NCBI GenBank assembly: GCA_003693705.1
Contig: RBZT01000715.1
Location: forward strand, 1 to 55,574
Origin: Polymyxa betae A26-41
Lineage: Eukaryota > Protista > Endomyxa: Phytomyxea
Reading direction: 5' to 3'
DNA length: 55,574 nucleotides
Below are positions 49,290 to 55,574 of the stretch, piece by piece. Both the position numbers and the translations under genes were made by a program. Every line of letters starts with the position of its first letter. The stretch's first letter is position 1. A model generated the notes under the pieces. The model had not been told where the DNA came from. It was given only the letters and a program-made list of their open reading frames with translations, and did no database searches.

Positions 49290-49528
49290 CGCTTTGGCGG
49301 GTCGCGGAAAACTTCACAAATTCATAAGGCGCGTGCCTTGGACAGCACGACGGGGCCGCAGCGACCTGCTGGCACGCGTCCTTTCCGCGGACATTGGCGG
49401 TGGGGACCCGGCGATTCTGGATTGCGGCTCCGAGATTGTCGTGGGCACGACATTAGGCCCCGCACTAGGGTTATTGTGCCGCCCACTCTGCTGAATGGTG
49501 CGAACAAATAGTGCAATCCAATCCAATC
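49290..49528 (+). mobile_element. Third copy of the (CCAAT)n-tailed retroposon 3' end
   Basis: GC-rich patch ending GCCGCCC..AACAAATAGTGCAATCCAATCCAATC. 5' boundary is a guess. Confidence 0.5.
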
Positions 49529-52500
49529 ACCATTCTATTGAAGCCCGTCGCTCAGTGGAGATACAAACTGATCTATTAAGCCTTAATGCTCTAATTGATG
49601 TATTTTAGAGCACGATAAAAGGTGATATCTGACTGAGTCTTGGAATGACATTGTCAATTGATGGCTCTGCTCATTGTCCAATATCAAGAATGAAATTAAT
49701 GCAATAGAATGGGGCAGTTTGGGGAAGACATCATGAACTACAACGGAAAGGTCATTCAAGGGCTGAAAGTCCTGCTACTCGCTGATTAGCTCTACAAGAT
49801 AATGATGTTTACCCTTGATATAATTCAATTGAAGTTCCACGGCTATAAAATCTGTAATCTATCCTCAAATTCCATTTGTTAAAGTTCCAAATATCGTAAA
49901 TCTTCTGATCTTCAAGTAAGTGGTATTGTGCCTCTAACATCGCCGCAACCTATTAAGGCCATTAGCACATTATTACCTCTCAAATCGTACAGCTGGACAG
50001 CACGCAATATAGAAACGGTTTTCTTCCATTCAATCACAGCACGGAACAGACTTTTATCAAGGACCTGCAATAGAGGGTGAAAAATGGAAAATCTCCAACA
50101 AGTACCTCCCGTACAATCACCATCTCTATTCCTCATCTCTCATTACAACAGGTACAAGATATTCATGTTTTGGATTCGCAATATTAAAGCAATTCATATG
50201 GATTTAAGGGCGTTCTTCGAAGGCCCATGATCTCATATATTCAGGACTGGAACCATCAAGAGCTATGAAGTGACAGCCTGCAGTAAAAATGCACTCACTA
50301 AATAGGTCACAATTACAGACAAAGCAGACAATTAGCATTATCAGAAGCCGAGAATGTCAAAACCCTACAAAGAAGAATTTCGACCTCAGATGACTGTTAT
50401 TGCTGTATTCAGTATGGATCAGCTATCAAAAGTCCAGCCTGTTTCAGAACCGATATTGCATTGAGTGCAAATGCCTATTATACGATCGTTCTTAACTGCA
50501 GCTATGGTTTGGTGAATGAGAGACATTCGGAGAGGTAAATGGATAGGGACCAAGTCGCCCAGAAGTCCCATTCGAATTCATTTAGTCGCTCCAGGGCCAG
50601 TAGTACGCAATCGTGACAATACAGCGATGCGATCCATGTTGCTGGTAAGCAATGGAGCAGTTTTCGGTAACAGAACTCACAGCTCATGATTGGCTGGATG
50701 ACGCCTTCATCTAATCACACAGCAGGTTAACGAATTGAATCCCGCTCAGGCAGCATTACAAGCTCATGATAAAGATCCGCTTTCTGCACGCATTCCCGTC
50801 GTACTGGTCGTCATCAGGCTCCAATGAAGCTGGATCTGGATTCTTTCACGATGCTCTCTTTCAACTTGTAACATTACCATATCGATCGGCAACCCCAAAT
50901 AGTGGTCGCGCCCCCGATGCGACGCAGCCAGGATCGGTAGCAGTAGGGCCAGCGCGACCACATGCCGATCCGACCATCGGAACCGGCAGCCGAGATTGAC
51001 CCATTTTGCATGATGAATGTTTCATGAAACGCCGAATATTATTCGATCGCTGGATGCGGTCTTGAGCGTTCATTTCGCGCCTGTTTCCATGTCCGTTATA
51101 CATTTGCTTGGCGGACTGATTAGAATGTGCAAGTCCGGAGATTCTGCTCAAGAATGTGCGTTCCGAATTGAGAGATTGAAGAATGCAGAGATGGAGCGGT
51201 CGCCAGTTTCCTGCAATTTGATCATAGACAGAGTTGTTGCCTTCGCTTATCTAATTATTAATACTATTCGGATCAGGACAAATGTGACCGATCATGATAA
51301 TGGCGGTTTCAGCACCGGGCTGTCCATTTCTGCAAAGATCGCTGAATAGGGGTGATTTCCTCTCCAGCAGAAGACAACAATGAAACAGGAGCCTGTTATA
51401 CCAGCAATAACACTTTTCAAAAACAAAGCTTCGAGATTATTAATACTGGTTTATGAGAGCTCCAATAAGCGTCGCCGAATCATTGTTCAGGAAAATGGGA
51501 GACGGAATTATTCTGTATTGAGGAATCGCGGTCCCTACTACACGGAGTGAAGAGGACGATCATTTGCCAGCTGATGCTTTGAAATGGTGCGCGGCGCAGT
51601 CCGCCACGCTCCTTCACTACATGTTTCTGGCAATGTGACACCATCTGATTCTGCCCAACCGATTATTGAGAAGCGTGGCGCTGATCTACAGGATCCTGCG
51701 CAATGGCCACGCATACCGCTACTGTCACTGCCTGAACAACCTGTTTTCAGTGCTCGTTCGACGGATGCCGCAAACCTTAGGCTGGACCGCGCAGCACCCG
51801 AGTCACTACACCAACTGTTATGGTCGGACCAGAAGCGGCCATTGAAGCAACGTTACTGGCATTGTAACATCATCCGTAGACCGCACACGACCGCGTAACT
51901 TGCCGGAGATGTTGCCACGGTGATCTGTAAATGGCAGTGACACATCATTACTGGATGCTCTGTATGTGGGCGACCACTTCAACGGTTATGTTACACGGTA
52001 AGTTGCTACCAGGCCATTCGCTGCACAGACTCTGTAAATTATTTGAGAAACTCCTAACCCTGCCCCCCGTGATATCGTACTCAGACATCATATAGATAAT
52101 ATTTGGTGATTAAGAACCCCCATTTCTGGACATAACACCGTAGCTGATGTTCGAAAAATCGGTCCTGATGTCGCGCGCGCTATCACGGTCTGTGATTCAA
52201 GTGTCGATGACAAAGCCATCAATGTGGCCGATATTGTTGTTCCAATAAACACCACTTCTTACAACAACTGCAATCGACTACACAATTAGCTAATGGACTT
52301 TCTGTAGATGGACTGTGAGAGCTGGAACGGTTAACGTTGAGTTCAGGCGGATGGCGGCAACATGAAACCGTGTCTCCATTATTAGAGCAGAATACCTGTA
52401 AACGTCCACCGCTTTTGTAAGACTGAAAACAGTCGTACAATGGATATCGAGACGAAATCTATGGACATAACATAGTCTATAACAGCTGTCAGGAAGTATC

Positions 52501-53025
52501 TTAAATAATTGATATATTCATATCTGAGTTTGTTGTGTGATCTTACAGAAGCTTCTTGACTATGAAACTGGAGGATTTTCTGGAACCAGAACATTCCTGA
52601 TCTTGAAAATGTTATTGTTGAGAAGGAATGGCCTGCTCAAGAAAGGGGAGCTATGTCCGTCCGACCAGCTCGATATCTCGTTGCCAATTGTTCTCGTTCG
52701 ATGAAATCATAACTATCAACATTTCAGGTAGTCAGGCTCTAATGTCAAGTGAACCGTTTCTTAAGGTGATCCCCGTTCTGCCGACACCCGAGGCGCAACC
52801 CGGTGGCAGCAGTCAAGCTCCCGCGACGATCGCCACCCTTAACAATTGATTGATGTATAATGTACAATTAGAAAGACAAGAGAGAGAGAGAGGCGAGGAA
52901 GATTATCATGATTAATCCTGGAGGATGGATCTGAGATCGGAAGATTCTCGGAGTCCGGAACCCCGAGGTCGGGTCAGACCAGATTCTTTTCCAGAGCTCT
53001 GAGGTGGGAGCCCCCCGTCCTCACA

Positions 53026-55470
53026 ATGCCGACACGAACCGTACTGGTCCTCGCCACATTACTGGCCGTCGTTTGGCGGCAATCTGTCGCCTTCAACGAG
53101 TCCAGTCCGTCCCGGACGCCGTCGCATGCTGCAGATCTTTCCGCTGTTGCGGATGTGCCCCCCCTGAATGTCATCGCCGACTTCAACGATTCGGTCGATA
53201 ACGTACTGGACCCCGAGACACGCCGCCTGATGCGTCTATTTGTTAACACCATGCACAAATGGTACAAGCTGTTTTGCTGCTGCGGATATTCACCTCGGCT
53301 CGGGCTTTTTTTTTCAGATTTTGGGAACGTTCCAAATTTTCCCGATTCCTTTCGGGCTGTGATATAATCTGTACTGATTTGTTGTGTCTTCTACACTTTC
53401 AAAATTTCAATTCGTCCGTAAAATTCAATTTTTGTTTTCTAGGGCTGCAGCTTCGCTGCATCCGAACCTGATCGGGAATGAGTTCTTTCATGATATCTAC
53501 ACAGGACCTGCAGTATGTAGTACAGATCCTCACTTCTTACATCATACTACACAGAGCTACAATCCGGACATATTTTACAACAATTTCTCCAAAGTCCTCC
53601 AGCGGATCGATCACGTTCTGATTGGACCCGGCGCAGCCAACGAGGGCGTGTACGGCACGCTATTCGACATTGCCCGCGGCCTGATGTTCTCCGAATTCGA
53701 CTCCGCCGTACTTGAATGGATCAAACGTGCGTTATGGTCCGATGACGAAGATATCGTCGGGCTCGGCGGCGTACTGGCCCGCTGTCTGCCGCCCCAGATG
53801 ACATTGGACGGAACGCCGCTGCTGTCTTTAATGTACCAGGCTCCACGCAGTGAACTGCTCATGGATATGATTTCACAGATTTTGAGCGCTGTACCTTCTG
53901 GTATTCGTCTGATATCATGTCCGCATATGAGAACTCTGCTCTATCAGATCGTCAGGTACGCGCTTCTCTTCATTTCATTCTTTGTAGATTTTCGAAAAAA
54001 ACCTTTTGCAGTTTCTGAATACATTTTTGTGTTTCATATCGGAACTTTTTATCCGAAATCTTGCCTTCTTATCATATTTTATGTAGGGATGATCCTCTGA
54101 ATTTACCTCTCGCTATTGATTTAACGAGGGTGTTATCATGGGATGATGTAGATGATGTGATGATGTCCACTGCAGATCTCGATCTGCGCACCTGGACGTC
54201 ATGCTTCATGGCGTATTTAGTGCAGTGCGTGGCGATTGGTCGCTTCACCGATCTGAGTCATCTGGAATCGCTATTTGCGTCGTTCGCAGATCCGGATCCA
54301 AATTTGCGCTCCAATATGTTCTATGTTACGGCCTGCTTTCAAGGTATCCCTTCAAGAATCACGGACTTTTTATGGCACGGAAACTCGAATCCAGTTATGA
54401 ACAAGTACGGACATTTTTTATCTCTTTCTTTCTTGTTTTTAACCGTTTTATGAATCATTTCTGTCTCATTTTTTATTCGGTTTCGCTGCATCTTAATTTT
54501 TATCAGTCTACCTCTGCCAATACGCACGGAGATTTACAATCGGTTTCGTTCCGAACGAATTCCAATCGAATCGTTCCTGAACACAATGCCGGATTCCTAT
54601 CCTCTGGACACCTTCCGTCGAGTGATCCTGCGCGATTGGTAACATCATCACTTGCACGGACGCCGCACGGCACTAACTGACCGAATCGCTCAGTTTGAAA
54701 ATTGAGTCGCGGCCGTCAACGGCCCGGGCTAGGCGGCGCTGGCTCGTGGCCCAGTCCTGGTTATGTTACTTGATCTCCAAGTCCAAGCTGGATGCGAGCA
54801 CGTGGTCTGTACCCATGTCCGTGGCGTACATCCCTTACTACACTCACGACTACATTCTTAGATTTTATAAACGCGTGCTGATGGGGTAACAACAACTATA
54901 ATTATTTCATCGAATTTGCTCTGAACCTCTCTCAGGATCGTATTTGACCTGGTGCGGTCAGCTGGATTGAATGTTCTGGTGCCCGAGATCATCTTTGATC
55001 TCAGACTGCCATACATCATGATCATGGTCTCACGGACTTTAACCGATGATATTGTCAGCCACAACCTCATTCAGATCAGCTACACGCTGATCTGGTCCGT
55101 GCTCGGCTCCACGGACAACACGCTCAGCGACGTCCTTCACGCACTCCGATCCATCTTTAATCCAGGTTCGCCGCGCTGCGAACTCACTTATTACGGACCT
55201 GTTCTCGGGCACGATCCGGCCGCCCTCGGAATCCGTAACTGCAACGATCTCGCCGAACTTGCTCTGATGTACGACTCTTTGTTACAACCGCATCAGTATG
55301 TGCGTGGCCTAGTTGCGCATCTGCGAAGTCGCGCCCCGAGACTCGTTCAGACGCTGCACTGGCTCGCGTCGGACGCGCATGACTATAAGGAGGTTCTGGG
55401 CGCCGTTACGGAGTACCAAGCTGTCGTACTTGAATCATGTAGGCAGATGGCCTCCTTCATTCATTCATAG
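53026..55470 (+). CDS. Large secreted orphan helical protein (multi-exon), candidate effector
   Basis: Signal peptide MPTRTVLVLATLLAVVWRQSVA. GT-AG introns connect Leu-rich exons through to the stop at 55468-55470. Confidence 0.7.
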
Positions 55471-55574
55471 TTCTTATATTGATTGTTGCAGCAAATTTCT
55501 ACTTCTCACTGCTTGATTGTATCGTGGATCAAATTAATCAGGTACAAACATGATTTTATCACGGAATTGTTACA

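Noticed and set aside
47710-52870. Short ORFs in the distal island (apart from the 49290-49528 retroposon end)
   Set aside because: Stop-riddled with no recognisable motifs; probably decayed genes or TEs, but unassignable.
52933-52943. Illumina adapter-like AGATCGGAAGA
   Set aside because: The match stops at 11 nt (continues TT, not GC); likely chance.
1-55574. tRNA, rRNA, snRNA genes, CRISPR arrays, prokaryotic operons
   Set aside because: None recognised by eye; the sequence is intron-containing eukaryotic DNA. A covariance-model scan would be needed to exclude small RNAs.

Overview
Gene-dense eukaryotic DNA with short GT-AG introns. The CFAP44 flagellar gene, a secreted CBM18 protein and T(3-4)AGGG telomere-like motifs suggest a zoosporic plasmodiophorid/phytomyxid; this is inference, not proof. 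About 18 intact-looking host genes: globin, MED1, a SCAB-like coiled-coil/Ig/PH protein, an SH3 protein, a CLASP/TOG protein, a TRFH-like protein, gamma-CA-like, XRCC2, CDC50, Dabb, TBC-like, apyrase, CFAP44, neutral sphingomyelinase, LRR-ankyrin, jagunal, a hevein-domain protein and a large secreted orphan. An AIG1-like gene is split by one in-frame TGA. Three decayed islands (about 1-2.4 kb, 19.6-23.2 kb, 43.2-52.9 kb) interrupt the genes and hold hAT, PIF/Harbinger, LTR-like and non-LTR remnants. Main leads: (i) an FCHo/SGIP1-like AP2-activator motif on a SCAB-like scaffold; (ii) a (CCAAT)n-tailed retroposon family with three copies, one with a perfect 15-bp TSD; (iii) telomere-like boxes at island borders; (iv) two homologous self-folding inverted ~100-nt elements flanking the Harbinger genes, one joined to telomeric repeats and near a degenerate hammerhead-like core. 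All family calls are by-eye motif recognition with no searches run, and spliced gene ends are approximate.
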